Numbered from the stretch's first letter, positions 36,201-48,899 are shown. The stretch: DNA of 64,000 nt from Chiloscyllium plagiosum (GCF_004010195.1 NC_057718.1:15307407-15371406); one strand, 5' to 3'. Made by a program: numbers and translations. The notes: generated by a model not told the origin, from the letters alone.

Positions 36201-37507
36201 CAATGGATCCTAGCAAAACAAAATGAAATTTACAAATTAAACTGACAAACTCTAAAATTTTACATTACAGGGTGTAGGATTGTGGCAATGATACCTCAAC
36301 CTTACCTTAGCAGTAAATCCTGTTGAAGGCCAAACATTTCTCTATGAAAAGAAAGAGAAGATTTGTCGGGCATGTCAATCCCAGATACAATTGTGAATTT
36401 ACACACCATTAAATGCACCAACATTTTTGTAGGTAAATTCTGGAATGATGCATATTTCTACCAGATTTATGTTCAGGGATAATATCATTGTAGTTTCCAT
36501 CACAACCGAGGCCATAGTTATTGGGAGATGGAAAGGCATTAAAATCAACAAATGCTGTGAACTGGGTACAACATCTTTACTTGGCCGTGTGCCATAATTT
36601 CTTCTTTACTGTTGGTCACCATCAGGAATTCAAGAAGGCCCAACTCCTTGGGAAGTGGGAAAGGCACTATCTTATTATCAAATAATTAATTAAAATTTTC
36701 CTGATTGATTTGATTTACCTTCAAGAAAACAGCAATGAAGTCTTGTTTTAATACAATCCACAGCCTTAACATAATTCTCAGAATCTTGCAGAATTGTTTC
36801 ACAATATTTGAAGCATGACCTAATTGGAACATAGGACTTGGGAGCGGGAATTGGCCTTTCCAGCCTTCAAACCTGCTTTGCCATTCAATTGGTCATGGCT
36901 GATCTGATTGTGGCTTCAGCTTCAGTTTTCTGTATGCCATTCCCCAATAACCTTTGACTGTCTTGTCTATGAAAAATCTATCCAACTCAGCCTTGAAGAA
37001 ATTAAATGTCTCTGCTTCTACTGTTTTCTTGGGAAAAAAAATTCCATCAGCTGCTGACCCACTAAGAGTTTAAAGAAACTCTTCCTTCTTGAAAATGAGA
37101 TATAAATATTTAGTACATGATGGCTGTGCTGATTTATGAGATGGATAGTATAATGTGCTCTTTAATAGTTACTCCTGAACAGCAGCTCAGTTTAATGTTG
37201 AATGTGAAGAATTGCATTTCTCCCAAAGTGTAGCTCTCATTCAGTACGTGTTAAGGTTTTGGCATGAGTTTAAACTCACTGTTACTTTGTTATGTTATGT
37301 GTGAAGAGGTTGGAGCTAATTGTTATGCAACTATATCTTGAGGTGTCACATTGACTGTCATACTGCAGTCATGTGCTGAGTAACAATGTATTTGTCCGCC
37401 AATCCACAAGTCATATGGAGAGCTGAACAAAATATGTTTGGTGAAGTTCCAGTGTTTTTGATTCCACAAATGTAATTATTTTTAACTGTGAGAACCAAAC
37501 GATTACG

Positions 37508-38617
37508 AATGTAGGTTTGCTTGCTGGAAGGTTCATTTCCAGATGTTTCGTCACCCTACTAGGTAACATCTTCAGTGGGCCTCCAGGCAAAGCACTGTAC
37601 ATGATTCCTGCTTTCTATTTATATGTTTGGGTTTCCTTGGGTTGGTGATGTCATTTCCTGTTCTTTTTCTCAGTGGGTGGTAAATGAGATCCAAGTCAAT
37701 GTGTTTGTTGATAGAGATCCGGTTGGAATGCTATGCTTCTAGGAATTCTCATGCGTGTTTCTGTTTGACTTGTCCTAGGATGGATGTGTTGTCCCAGTTG
37801 AAGTGAGACAGGGTCATGTCATTTTGTGGCTAGTTAGTGTTCATGTATCTTGGTGGCTAGTTTTCTGCCTGTTTGTCCAATGTAGTGTTTGTCACAGTTC
37901 TTGCATGGTTCTTGCAACCGAAACAAGTAGACAAAACACGTCCAGAAACCCTAGCCACTCTCCCCTACACCAAAGACCTCTTGGAAATGACTGTCAGACT
38001 ACTCAGACCCCTTGACATCATGGTAGCCCACAAACTCACCAACACACTAAAACAGCAGCTAATGAACTTGAAAGACCCTATACAGTCAACAAGCGAAACT
38101 AATGTCATTTACAAAATACCATGCAAGAACTGTAACAAACACTACATTGGACAAGCAGGCAGGAAACTAGCCATCAGGATACATGAACACCAACTAGCCA
38201 CAAACGACATGACTCTCTCTCACTAAAATCCTTACATATAGATAAGGAAGGACACCACTTCGACTGGGACAACACATCCATCTTAGGATAAGCCAAACAG
38301 AGACACGCACGAGAATTCCTAGAATCATGGCATTCCAATCGTAACTCTACCAACAAATACATCGTGTTAGACCCCATTTACCATCCCCTAAGAAAAAGAA
38401 CAGGAAATGACATCACCACAGGAAATAACATCACCAACCCAAAGAAACCCATACATATAAATAGAAAGCAGGAATCATGCACAGTGCTTTGCCTGGAGGC
38501 CCACTGAAGATGTTACCTAGTAGGGTGATGAAACGTCTGGAAATGAACCTTCCAGCTCAGCAAGCAAACTTACATCCAGAACCTCAACCTGAGCTACAAA
38601 TCTTCTCAAAACTTGCT
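37508..38617 (+). mobile_element. Penelope-like element (family B) with an inverted 5' copy of its 3' end
   Basis: ORF 37873-38226 has NVIYKIPCKNCNKHYIGQAGRKLAIRIHEH (GIY-YIG). About 37510-37803 is an inverted copy of about 38255-38575. Candidate TSD ATTACG at 37502 and 38618. Confidence 0.9.
38501..38540 (+). ncRNA. Minimal type-I hammerhead ribozyme motif (PLE family B)
   Basis: CCA-CTGAAGA-T-GTTACC-TAGTAG-GGTGAT-GAAAC-GTC-TGG. Helix I CCA/TGG, GUC triplet. A mirror copy lies on the - strand at about 37539-37578. Confidence 0.65.
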
Positions 38618-38694
38618 ATTACGTAAAACTTTTTGACTCACTGGTAAGAATGCCATCAACTGGGCTGAAGTGACACAAAAGCTTAAATAGACTG

Positions 38695-40669
38695 ACATGG
38701 AGTTTCCAGTGTTGGACTGCGATGGACAAAGATAAACGTCACACAACACTAGGTTATAATCCAACAGGTTAATTTGGAAGTACAAGCTTTCTGATCACTG
38801 CTCCTTTGTCAGGTAGCTTGTGGGGCAGAATCATAGGACACAGACTTTATAGTAAAAGACCAAAGTGTCATTCAACCGATGCGATGTATTGAACAAACCT
38901 AGATTGCTGTTAAGTCTTTAATTATTTAGAATGGGATTGCTGGTTTGATTCATTAATATGTAAATCCCAGAACTTCTCTCAAGTCATGTTCCCAAGATAA
39001 CTTAAGATTTTGTAAAAAAAAAGTGACATCTCAGCTCAGACAATACATTAAAGATGTGAGGTTAGAATCTGTCTGTCCAGAACTTCTCTCAAGTCATGTT
39101 CCCAAGATAACTTAAGATTTTGTAAAAAAAAAAGTGACATCTCAGCTCAGACAATACATTAAAGATGTGAGGTTAGAATCTGTCTGAATCCCAACCTGGA
39201 GTCAGACTGGTTCTATTTCCAATGCATGGACAGGACCTGTTCAGATGAGGAGGAACGCGATGGACACCTGATGGTGCTGAAGAATGCCCTCATAAGAACA
39301 GGATACGATGCTCGACGCATTGATCGCCAGTTCCAACATGCTACAGTGAGAAACAGTAATGACCTCCTCAGGAGACAGACATGGGATTCAGCCAAGTCAC
39401 ATGAATACCTGCCGAGCACGTGGTGGCTGGTGTCCTCACATGTAATGGTAATATCCATGTTGACACTCTGACACATCTCGCAATGGTTGCCATGACAGGG
39501 TGAAATGGCATTGTGGTTGATGTTGTCCTGAAGGCTGGGCAGTATGCTGCGAACAATGGTCTGTTTAAGGTTTGGCGGTTGTTCAAAGGCGAGAAGTGGA
39601 AGCGTCAAGAAGATCTTGGCGAGGTGCTCATCCTCATCGATAAGTGTTGCAGGCTGCGAAGAATATGGTGCAGTTTCTCTGCTTCCAGGAAGTACTGGAC
39701 AACAAAGGGTACACTATCGGTTGTCTATCTCATACTCTGCAGGCAAGGATTCCACGAGGCACGATACATTGGCAAGACCAAGCAGACGCTACGACAATGG
39801 ATGAATGGACACCATGCAACAATCACCAGACAGGGATGTTCCCTCCCAGTCGGGGAACACTTCAGCGGTCAAGGACGTTTGGCTTTGGATCTTTGGGTAA
39901 CCATTCTCCAAGAACTGACTTCGGGATATGCAACAATGCAGAGACACCAAGCAGAGGCTGATAGCCAAGTTTGGTACCCATGAGGATAGCCTCAACCAGG
40001 ATCTTGGTTCATGTCACATTACAGGTGACCCCACTACACTAAACACTCACACAGACCCTCTCTTATACACACGCTCTCAGACACACACACCCCCACACTC
40101 GGACACACACCCTCTGACAGGCATATACTCCATCACACTCACAGACACACTCTATCAAGCACACACTCACTCTCACACGCATACATATACACACTCCCCC
40201 TCTCTCTCTCTTTCACACACACACATAAGTCTATGAGTGGATTTGCATTTGCAGATACATTCAATTTTGTTCAAAAAGCACACACTCTGTAGACAGTCAG
40301 TCCAGATGGCATTTTATAAATTCCTACTTTGGAAATAGAACCAGTCTGACTCCAATTTGAGATACACATCTTTAATGCATTGTCTGAGCTAAGATGTCAC
40401 TTTTTAAATAAAAACTTAGGTTATCGTGGGAATGTGAATTGGAAGTAACATATTAATGAACCAAAAGCGGCATTCTAAGTGATTAAAGACTTAACAGCAA
40501 TCTAGGTTTATTCAATACATTGTGTTAGGTGTATCTTTTATCTTTTACTCTAAATTCTGTGTCCTATGAGCCTGCTCCACTAGCTACCTGATGAAGGAGC
40601 AGCGCTCTGAAAGCTTGTCCTTCCAAATTAACCTGTTGGACAATAACCTGTGTTGTGTGATTTTTAACT
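38695..40669. mobile_element. Rearranged Penelope-like element (family C-related) bounded by inverted terminal repeats
   Basis: VVYLILCRQG...YIGKTKQTLRQWMNGH (GIY-YIG) at about 39720-39900. 12-bp TSD TTAAATAGACTG at 38683-38694 and 40670-40681. Hammerhead-like motif at 40585-40619. Confidence 0.85.
38967..39186 (+). repeat. Tandem duplication of about 110 bp (2 copies) within the PLE terminal repeat
   Basis: ccagaacttctctcaagtc...gaatctgtctg starts at 38967 and again at 39077; the copies differ only in A-run length. Confidence 0.9.
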
Positions 40670-40746
40670 TTAAATAGACTGTACAGTACAATGGGGAAAA
40701 AAAGTGACTGCATGCTTTCTCAAAGATTTAAGATATTCCAGACTAA

Positions 40747-40965
40747 TGGTGGCACAGTGGTTAGCACTGCTGCCTCACAGTGCCAGAGACCTGGATTCAA
40801 TTCCCACCTCAGATGACTGACTGTGTGGTTTGCTCTGGTTTCCTCCCACAGTCCAAAAATATGTGCAAGTTAGGTGAATTGGCCATGCTAAATTGCGTGT
40901 AGGGGAATGGTTGTGGACTTGTTGGGCTGAAGGGTCTGTTTCCACACTGTAAGTATTCTAATCTA
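40747..40965 (+). mobile_element. Internally deleted HE1-like SINE
   Basis: ggtggcacagtggttagcactgctgcctcacag head and gaagggtctgtttccacactgtaag tail. Confidence 0.85.
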
Positions 40966-41301
40966 TTTATTGCAAATCATTTCATGCCCAAATTTTGTTA
41001 AGCTGATAGCAATATTGGGCATGGTACTGTCACTGGCATGATCATGAATTAGTCACCTCTGCTAGAACTGGGAGGTCTTATAGCACAGTGGATTGTGTCT
41101 CTGCCTCTGGGCCTGAAGCTTCAGGTTTGAGTTAAAAATCACACAAACCAGGATATAGTCCAACAGGCTTAATTGGAAGCACACTAGCTTGGTTTGAGTG
41201 CTGCTTTGGGACTTTATGGTTGATCATGTCCATTATGTTTCTTACAAATGGTAAGATCAGCAGAGTCTCCTGGTTGGCATAGCTTGATGTTGAGTGGACC
41301 C

Positions 41302-42145
41302 TGTAAGAAATGGGGAAGTGTGTTGTGTTTGCAAGAGTGTGTATGTGCAGAAAAGGGGTACAGGGAAAAATATCAGTGAGGCAAGCATTAGGGAAATGTA
41401 TCTTTATCTTTAATGTATAATTGTGGATAATTGAATACTAACTTTAGTGCAGAATTATTAAAGCTAATAATTTCTTTCATCATAATGTTTTAAATAATTT
41501 AGTCTCAGCCAAATAGCTGAGATAGCTGAAACGCATAAACTAGGCAAGAAGAGATACATTGTCAAAACGTATGTTCAGGAATGGAATGTACCTATGAACA
41601 ATGGAAGGTGTTACAAGCAAAGTAAAAGAACATCAAGATACAAGTTTAGCCTTATGTCAGCACTTACAAAGGGAAAGGTTGCCAACTTGGAGAAAAGATT
41701 AGATTAGATTAGATTAGATTACTTACAGTGTGGAAACAGGCCACCCATACCCCGACATTTACCCCTTACCTAACACTACGGGCAATTTAGCATGGCCAAT
41801 TCACCTGACCTGCACATCTTTGGACTGTGGGAGGAAACCGGAGCACCCGGAGGAAACCCACGCAGACACGGGGAGAATGTGCAAACTCCACACAGTCAGT
41901 CGCCTGAGTGGGGGCAATAAGGGCGGAGCGCAGCTGGGTAGTGGTAGAATACAATAAGATTGGGTAATGTAAGAATCGGGAGAGGTGACCTCACGCAGCT
42001 CAAAAGTATAACTGTGTACTAGTTTGAATGTTCATTGCTCATTTGCTTCTGCATTTGATGCCCTTTCTTGCAAGATTGTAGAATAAATTGTCTTGTTTCC
42101 AGTTTTGGTGGTCTCGTCTAAATTAATTCAAATTTATTTCTAACA
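41302..42145 (+). mobile_element. Solo LTR with a 5-bp TSD, interrupted by an HE1-like SINE fragment (about 41697-41908, - strand)
   Basis: GACCC|TGTAAGAAAT ... ATTTCTAACA|GACCC. GC box at about 41921, TATAA at about 42008, AATAAA at about 42083. Confidence 0.85.
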
Positions 42146-42499
42146 GACCCCTCAAAATTTAGCCTCTGATGATAGGCACTTATGCCTTGCGGGTGGTGAT
42201 AGTTATGGAAACGGTCGTAAAAGAGATATTTTAGGTATGGGAAGCAAATAGATGCTATAACTGGTCAAAAATGGCCATACTGAAATAGAGGACAAAAAAC
42301 ATAAACAATTGAGTTAAGGCACGAGATTAACTTGTTGAGTGGCCGAACAAGCTCAAACAACCGAAATCTCGCTGCGATTTCCTATCTGTAGCGCCAACAC
42401 AATGAAGAGGAGACCAACATACTGCTCCTCGGATGCTGCCTGAACTGCTGTGCTCTTCCAGCACCACTAACCCAGTATCTGGTTTCCAGCATCTGCAGT

Positions 42500-43330
42500 C
42501 ATCGTTTTTACCAAGTGTGGGTCGGAGTCACGCTGCTCCTCGCTCCCTTTTCCGACAGAGGGTAGCATCGGTGGAGACGGCCGCCATCCCTTCGGTCTCT
42601 CGGTGTTCGAACAATGCCACTCAGGTGAGAACTCTTCGGCCGTTACCTTCAACAGGCAAGTGAATGCGCGGGCTCGAGCTCGAGCTCACGCGCGCACTCG
42701 CTGCTTGGTTGATGACCCGGATGCTCAGTGCTGCGAGCGGGAGAGAGAAGCGCCAGAGGCGGACTTCTCGAGCGCGCCCGTGGGCAAGCAGAGGCGAGGA
42801 CTGCGCGCGTCCCCTTTTCCTTCCTCATTAACGGCTCGGCGTTCGGAGTGCGGCTCGTGCGGGGTCCGTTGGAGGGGAGGGCGGACTGAGCGAGAGGTGG
42901 CTGGGCGGGCGATGGAGACGGAGTGTAGGTGTTCGCCTGTCGCCGCTTCCACCGTCATTGCGGGGTGAGAGACTTCTCTTGTTTTTATATATTTCTTTCC
43001 AGTGGGGTGGCATGGCTACTGTTTTCATTTTTTTTGTGTGTGAGTTGTGGGGGGGAGAAAAATGGGATGAGAGACGACATTTCTACCTCCCCGTGTCAGG
43101 GTTGGCCTGTGCGCAAGGAGCTCAGTCAGACTCCTGTCGACGGCCGATGTTCAAGCCTCTGTCTTTCTGTGTGTGTTGTGATGCGAACGTTGTCAGCAGG
43201 CAGCTACTGTCCGATGAGATTGCTACAGCCACAGCAAATGGAGCCATTTATCGGTGCAATTCTTATTTTTCTGCAAATATGGTTTAATTGAATCAGACCG
43301 TGTGTGTGTCCCCTTGTCGTGCCTCTGTTC
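42500..43330 (+). promoter_or_regulatory. CpG island: promoter and probable first exon (ending 42964, donor GTGAGA) of an unidentified gene
   Basis: Dense CpG, GCGCGC runs and GC boxes (GGGCGG at about 42879 and 42903). GCGGG|GTGAGA donor at 42965. ATG in a strong context at 42912 (METECRCSPVAASTVIA). Confidence 0.65.
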
Positions 43331-43399
43331 CTCGACTTCTCATCCACTTAGACCCAAAGCTACAGGCTTAAATCCCAAATCTTTCAGCTGTCAACATGA

Positions 43400-43912
43400 C
43401 GATTCTGGGATTTGAGCGCAGAAGTCCCAGGCTGACATTCCGGTGTGGTGCTGAGGGCAGTGCTGCGCTGTTGCACGGTGCGATTTGACGGAGGAGGAGG
43501 CCTTTCTCCGATCTTGGGTGAACGTTGGCAGTGCTCGAAAGAAGAGCAGGAGTGTCATCCCTGTGCCTGAGCCAATATTCATCCTTCGGTCAACATGCAT
43601 TCCCCCCCCAAAAAAAAACACACGCCATTCGATCACGATCGCATTGATGTTTGTGGAAGATTGCTGTGCATAAATTAGCTGCTGTGTTTCTTGCATTGCA
43701 TCGGTGACTGCACGTCGAAGAAGAAAAAAAACCCACTTATTTGGTCTTTTTAATCTATTTTTCTCATCAACTTGTTGAGAGACGTTATTACACTTCTCTG
43801 GAGCAGCTGGGACGTGACTATGGGCTCCCGATTCAGGGACGCTGCCGCTGCACCACAAGAGGGTCACCTTTAAATGGTCGTGAAAAGCATTATGTAAAGA
43901 TAAGGTTCTTTT
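43400..43912 (+). mobile_element. Deu-domain SINE, interrupted by an inverted SINE-head fragment (about 43735-43860)
   Basis: caggctgacattccggtg..gctgagggcagtgctgc...tgtttgtggaagattgctgtgcataaattagctgc...gtcgtgaaaagcattatgtaa; homologous to 12990-13390. Confidence 0.6.
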
Positions 43913-44048
43913 TTTCCACCTCAATTCTGCATCACCAAGCATATCGTATAAGCTGCCGGAGCTCTGCTCCTTACTCAGGAGCGTTCCGAAAGCGTGTACT
44001 TTCCGAAGGGTCTGTTTCCATGCTGTACATCTCTATGACTCTAAATAA

Positions 44049-44865
44049 CGGCGGCACTGTTGCTTCACTGTGCTAGGCACCCAGGTTCGATTCTAGCCTC
44101 AGATTCTAGTCTGTGTGGTTTCCTCCCGCAATCCAAATTTGGGCACATTAGGTGAATTGGCCATGCTAAATTGCCCATAGTGTTCAGGGATAGAGCATAG
44201 AATATAGAACATTACAGTGCAGCATAGGCCCTTCGGCCCTCCATATTGCGTTGACCAGTGGAACTAATCTGAAGCCCATCTATCCTACACTATTCCATTT
44301 TCATCCATATGTTTATCCAGTGACCATTTAAATGCCCTTAAAGTTGGCGAGTCTGCTATTGTTGCAGGCAGGGCGTTCCACGCCCCTGCTACTCTCTGAT
44401 GTGTAGGTTAGTTGCATTAATCAGGGTAAATGTGGAGTAATAGGGTAGGGGAAGGGGTCTGGATGGGTTACTCTTCAGCGGGTCAGTGTGGACCTGTTGT
44501 GCCAAGTGGCCTGTTTCCACACTGGTTTGCATGAAACCTGTTGGGCTATAACTGGATGTTGTGTGATTTTTAACTTTGCCACCCATCCCAATCCAACCCT
44601 GGCACCACCACATCACTCATATCGTATGGCAGTCTGGATGGGTTCTATCCTCTAGCAAAATAATTTTAATGCATCTGCCGGCCTTTGATTTGATTTAACA
44701 GTTATCACATTCAAAAGGCATTTGGCTGGGTATATGAATAGGAAGGGTTTAGACAAATGGGCCAAATGCTGGCGAACAGGAAAAGATTAATTTAGGATAT
44801 CTGGTTGACATGGATGAGTTGGACTGAAGGGTCTGTTTCCATGCTATGCAGCTCTAAAACTCTCT
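44049..44865. mobile_element. Cluster of SINE, CR1 and PLE fragments
   Basis: HE1-like pieces (44049-44190 and 44400-44525), a CR1 3' end on - (44195-44397), a PLE-C end (44533-44615) and a CR1 tail (44700-44865). Confidence 0.7.
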
Positions 44866-45311
44866 AACAGATTTTTTCCCCAGGCAATTTTGTGTTTGTT
44901 ATTTTATGCCTCAGATGTTACTGTTGTGGCTTCTCACTTTCAGGAGTTTGCTAGGGTATTTACCCAGTTTTCGCTATTGTCTGGTTAATAAAAGCTGCTT
45001 GTAAGTGTTATTCTAACGACCAGAATTCTGTTCACTGCCCACTCTTGATTCTTTGGTTGCCTATGATTGCACTCTGACATCCAATATTGAATGAGTAGAA
45101 TTTACTTCCAGTTGTATAATGGAAAAACTAACATCATTGCGGTGACATAATAACACCAGTAGTTTAGTATTTCACTCTGGTACATAGTTTTGAATCCAAC
45201 CATGGCAGGTGGTGGTGATAGAATTTAATAAAAGCCTAGAGTGAAAAGAAAGCTAACCTTATGGTGACTATGTAACCACTGTTGATTATTGGAAAGGTCC
45301 ATCTGGTTCAT

Positions 45312-45690
45312 TCATGTCACAGACTCCTACAGCATGGAAACAGATGCTTCAGTCCAACCAGTCCATGCCGACCAAATTTCCCAAACTAAAAAAGTCCCAT
45401 TTACCTGTGTTTGGCCCATATCTCTTCAAACATTTCTTATTCATGGACTTATCAAAATGTTTTTTGAATGTTGTAACTGTACCTGCATCTAGCACTTCCC
45501 GTGACAGCTCATTCTACATACAAACCACCCTCTGTGTCAAAAAGTTGCCCCTCAGGTCCATTTTAAATCTTTCTCCTCTCACCTTAAAATTATGCCCTTA
45601 AGGTTTGAACTTCCCAACCCTAGGGAAAAGACCTTTGCTATTTGCCTAATCTATGCCCTCAAACCTCTATGTACGTAAACCTCATACCCT
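45312..45690 (-). mobile_element. CR1-clade LINE 3' fragment
   Basis: cagcatggaaacag...accaccctctgtgtcaaaaagttgcccctcagg. Confidence 0.8.
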
Positions 45691-45708
45691 CCAGTGAAGA
45701 ATGTCATG

Positions 45709-45871
45709 GTGTGGTTGACATGTACAGGTGCAGTTGCTGATAAAGCAGAGGCAGTCTGGTTGATTTCCACAGGCGCAGTGGCTGGTCACGCAGGGGCAGT
45801 CTGGTTGACATGTACAGGCGCAGTGGCTGGTCACACAGGGGGCAGTCTGGTTGATGTGTGCAGGCGCAGTG
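45709..45871 (+). repeat. Minisatellite with a unit of about 45 bp, about 3.6 copies
   Basis: Unit approximately GGCAGTCTGGTTGACATGTACAGGCGCAGTGGCTGGTCACGCAGG. Confidence 0.9.
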
Positions 45872-46977
45872 CTGAATTAGATCACTGAGTATAGATATAT
45901 TAGGGTGTCATGTTGTGATTGTGCACTGGTGCGGTCACATTTGGAGCACTGTGTACAATTCTGGTTACCCTGCAATAGGAAGGTTTTTATTAAATTGAAC
46001 AGGATTCAGAAAAGATTTACAAGGAGCTAGTCTTTTTAGGAAAAATATCTGCCATATTTATCTGGTCAGGCTTACATGTTGCTCCAGATCCACAGAAATA
46101 TGATTGACTGTCCTCTGTCCACAAAAGGTTTGGCACTAAATGCGGGCCGAGCCAGTAACTCTCTTCTCATGAATGAATTAAATAAAAATGTCTTCAGCCC
46201 CCATTTTAAACTTTATTCCCCAACTATTGACTTCATCCAACTTTCTGGTTGCTTTCTAAGGTTGAACCTGACTGTTGCCAGACTCTGTTTATTTGACGCT
46301 GAACTGAACTTCTAACCCAATTTCTTTCAATTTCACAGTCTTAAGTTGCATTTCTACGTCTTGTCTCAACTCATTTGCAACTGATATTCTTATTTGTGCC
46401 ACTGTAACCTTGAGACTTGATATTCTGATACTCTCCTGGACATCCTCCCAACTTCCACCTTGTATATGAACTTCCGCTCAATATTTGGAGAGTCGGAGTT
46501 GCAGTCAGACTATACTGAGTGTGAAGTCATGTCACAAGCGGAACTCTTAATATTGGAAGTCTTAAAATTTTTGGCGTTTGTGTACTTCTAGTAACTTTAT
46601 GCCAATATTATATTACTTGGTTTAAATTGATATTAAATTGAAACCATAGCTTAACTAGGAAATTGGTTGCATCGATATAACTTATCCCTAGGTCATTGTT
46701 TTGCTTGGTAGATTAATTTTATAACAAGGTTATGATTGCAGTTTATTTGTAAACTGGAATCCTTTGTATTTGTGCCATGTGGTCCTCCAGTTCACAATTA
46801 TTACAAATTGCACACACTACTTGTTGAGTGAATTCTTAGCAAGCTCCTCATTGGTGCCCTGTCAAATATGCTTTGGGCAGATCAGTGACAAAACGGTGTC
46901 TCCCTAACTTTATCAAAAGTGATTAATAAGGAATCAATAAGTTGTCGCTCCAGTTCTGTTTTACGTTTCTGATTCGG

Positions 46978-47125
46978 AGTGAGTAGGTCTCAATGTCAAA
47001 CTTTCAGACCGTGGACCTGAATTTTAATCCTTATACATTTATATCAATATATGGGCAGTTTAGAAATTTCTAAGGATTTAAATTCAGGTTCACAGTCTGA
47101 AATTTTGACATTAAGACTATTCACT
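46978..47125. repeat. Imperfect inverted repeat with arms of about 55 bp (hairpin, possible old MITE)
   Basis: 46978-47033 versus the reverse complement of 47071-47125: 6 substitutions and 1 indel. Confidence 0.85.
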
Positions 47126-47399
47126 GTATATTGGAAGAGGAATTGGTTAAATAACTGACCTAGTTTTGCCTTTAAATCTCGTAATCATGTAGTTCTTTGG
47201 TATCTCTATAATGTTACTTAAAATTTATCCAAGCTGGCCCCTCTATGATATACCTAATTCAGCAAATTGCTTTCGAAATACATGTTTAATTTTATACTGC
47301 CTTGGAAAATGATTCTGGCCCTGTTGTAGTCGTCCATGATTTGATACCATTCAGATTTTACTTTGGAAAAAAGGTGATGTATTTTTGAAGATCCAATTC

Positions 47400-48150
47400 A
47401 AGAGCAAACGATACAGTAAATGGAAAAGCCGTGGGGAAAATTGACGTACAGAGAGATCTCAGTGTTCAGGTCCATTGTTCCCTGAAGGTGGCAACGCAGG
47501 TCAGTAACGTGGTCCAAAAGGCATATAGCATGCTTTCCTTCGGGCCGGGGTATTGAGTGCAAGAGTTGACAGGTCATGTTACAGTTGTACAGGACTTTGG
47601 TTCAACCGCATTTGAAATACTGCATACAGTTCTGGTAACTACATTATCATAAGGCTGTGGATGCTTTGGAGAGGGTGCAGAGCAGGTTCACTAGGATGTT
47701 GCCTGGTATGGAGGGTGCTAGCTATAAAGAGAGGTCAAATAGATTAGGATTATTTTCATTAGAAAGACGGAGGTTGAGGGGGCGACCTGATTGAGGTCTA
47801 TAAAATCATGAGAGGGATAGCAAGAAGCTTTTTCCCAGAGTGCGGAATTCAATTATTAGGCGTCATGAATTCAAAGTGAGAGGGGAAAGGTTGAGGGGAG
47901 ATATGGATGGAAAGTTCTTCACACAGAGGGTGGTGGGGGCCTGGAATGCACTGCCAGCGAAGGTGGTAGAGACTGGAACGATAGCGTCATTTAAGATATA
48001 TCTAGACAGCTACATGAATGGGCAGGGAGCAAAGGGGTACAGATTTTTAGAAAATAGGCAGCAGGTTTAGATAGAGCATCTGGATCGGCACAGGCGTGGA
48101 GGGCCGAAGGGCCTGTTTCTGTGTTGTAATTTTCTTTGTTCTTTGTTCTT
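47400..48150 (+). mobile_element. CR1-clade LINE 3' fragment
   Basis: KFFTQRVVGAWNALP; tail ...gggccgaagggcctgttt...(tctttgt)n. Confidence 0.88.
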
Positions 48151-48899
48151 AATGCAATAGTTAAATCAGCATTGAAATCTATAGCTTTCTGACGTAAAAC
48201 TCAATGTTATTACAGATTGAGGCCATCAATGGCCAGCACACTTCTACATTTGAGATAGTGACAACAGAGCTTTAACATGCATGTAATTCTTTTACAACAG
48301 CATCTAATTCTGCAATTTAAACAGAATGTTGCAATGTGAAAAGTGAATTAACGTGTCTACTTAACTGTCAGACAGTTTTGTAGCAACTGTAGTTGTGGTT
48401 TCTTTTTAAATGCTTGTACCAGATACTTCATGTAATGCATAATAATTCCTAAATTGCTTAGAGTACTGTTGTATGTTTAAATTTTCCCTTTCCAGTTAGG
48501 GAAATCCTCCTTGTTTTCTTCGTCAATGTGGGTTATTTTCTGAGAGAAGATGCATTGTGCTATTTGTCCTAGAACTGCATGGAGTGAATATGATACTATG
48601 GCATTGACTAGAAGGCCTGTAGTAGATTCTGCCAGGCCAAATCAGGAAGGAATGTGTCCAATTATTGATGGAGAAGCGTCCGCATTTAACTGTTCCTTCT
48701 GACACACAATCCTAGTTTGAAAACAAAACTACATGTGGCTCTAATGTACAATACTGCAGGTTTAGCGATTTAGGAGTGTGTGCTTAATCTCAATATGCAT
48801 ACAGCTGTGTGTTTATAAGAAATTACTGGCTGAAAGTCAGGCACAAAATATTGCAGAAGTTACATGGCTGGTACTTTCAGACCTGATAGTCTAGTTCAT

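Noticed and set aside
42603..43291. SMYD3 or CNST coding exon in the second CpG island
   Set aside because: No frame on either strand resembles the N-termini I know for these proteins, so no gene symbol was assigned.
45694..45888. Repeat-containing protein or CRISPR-like array
   Set aside because: The units are contiguous with no unique spacers, the frame breaks in the third unit, the context is eukaryotic and there are no cas genes.
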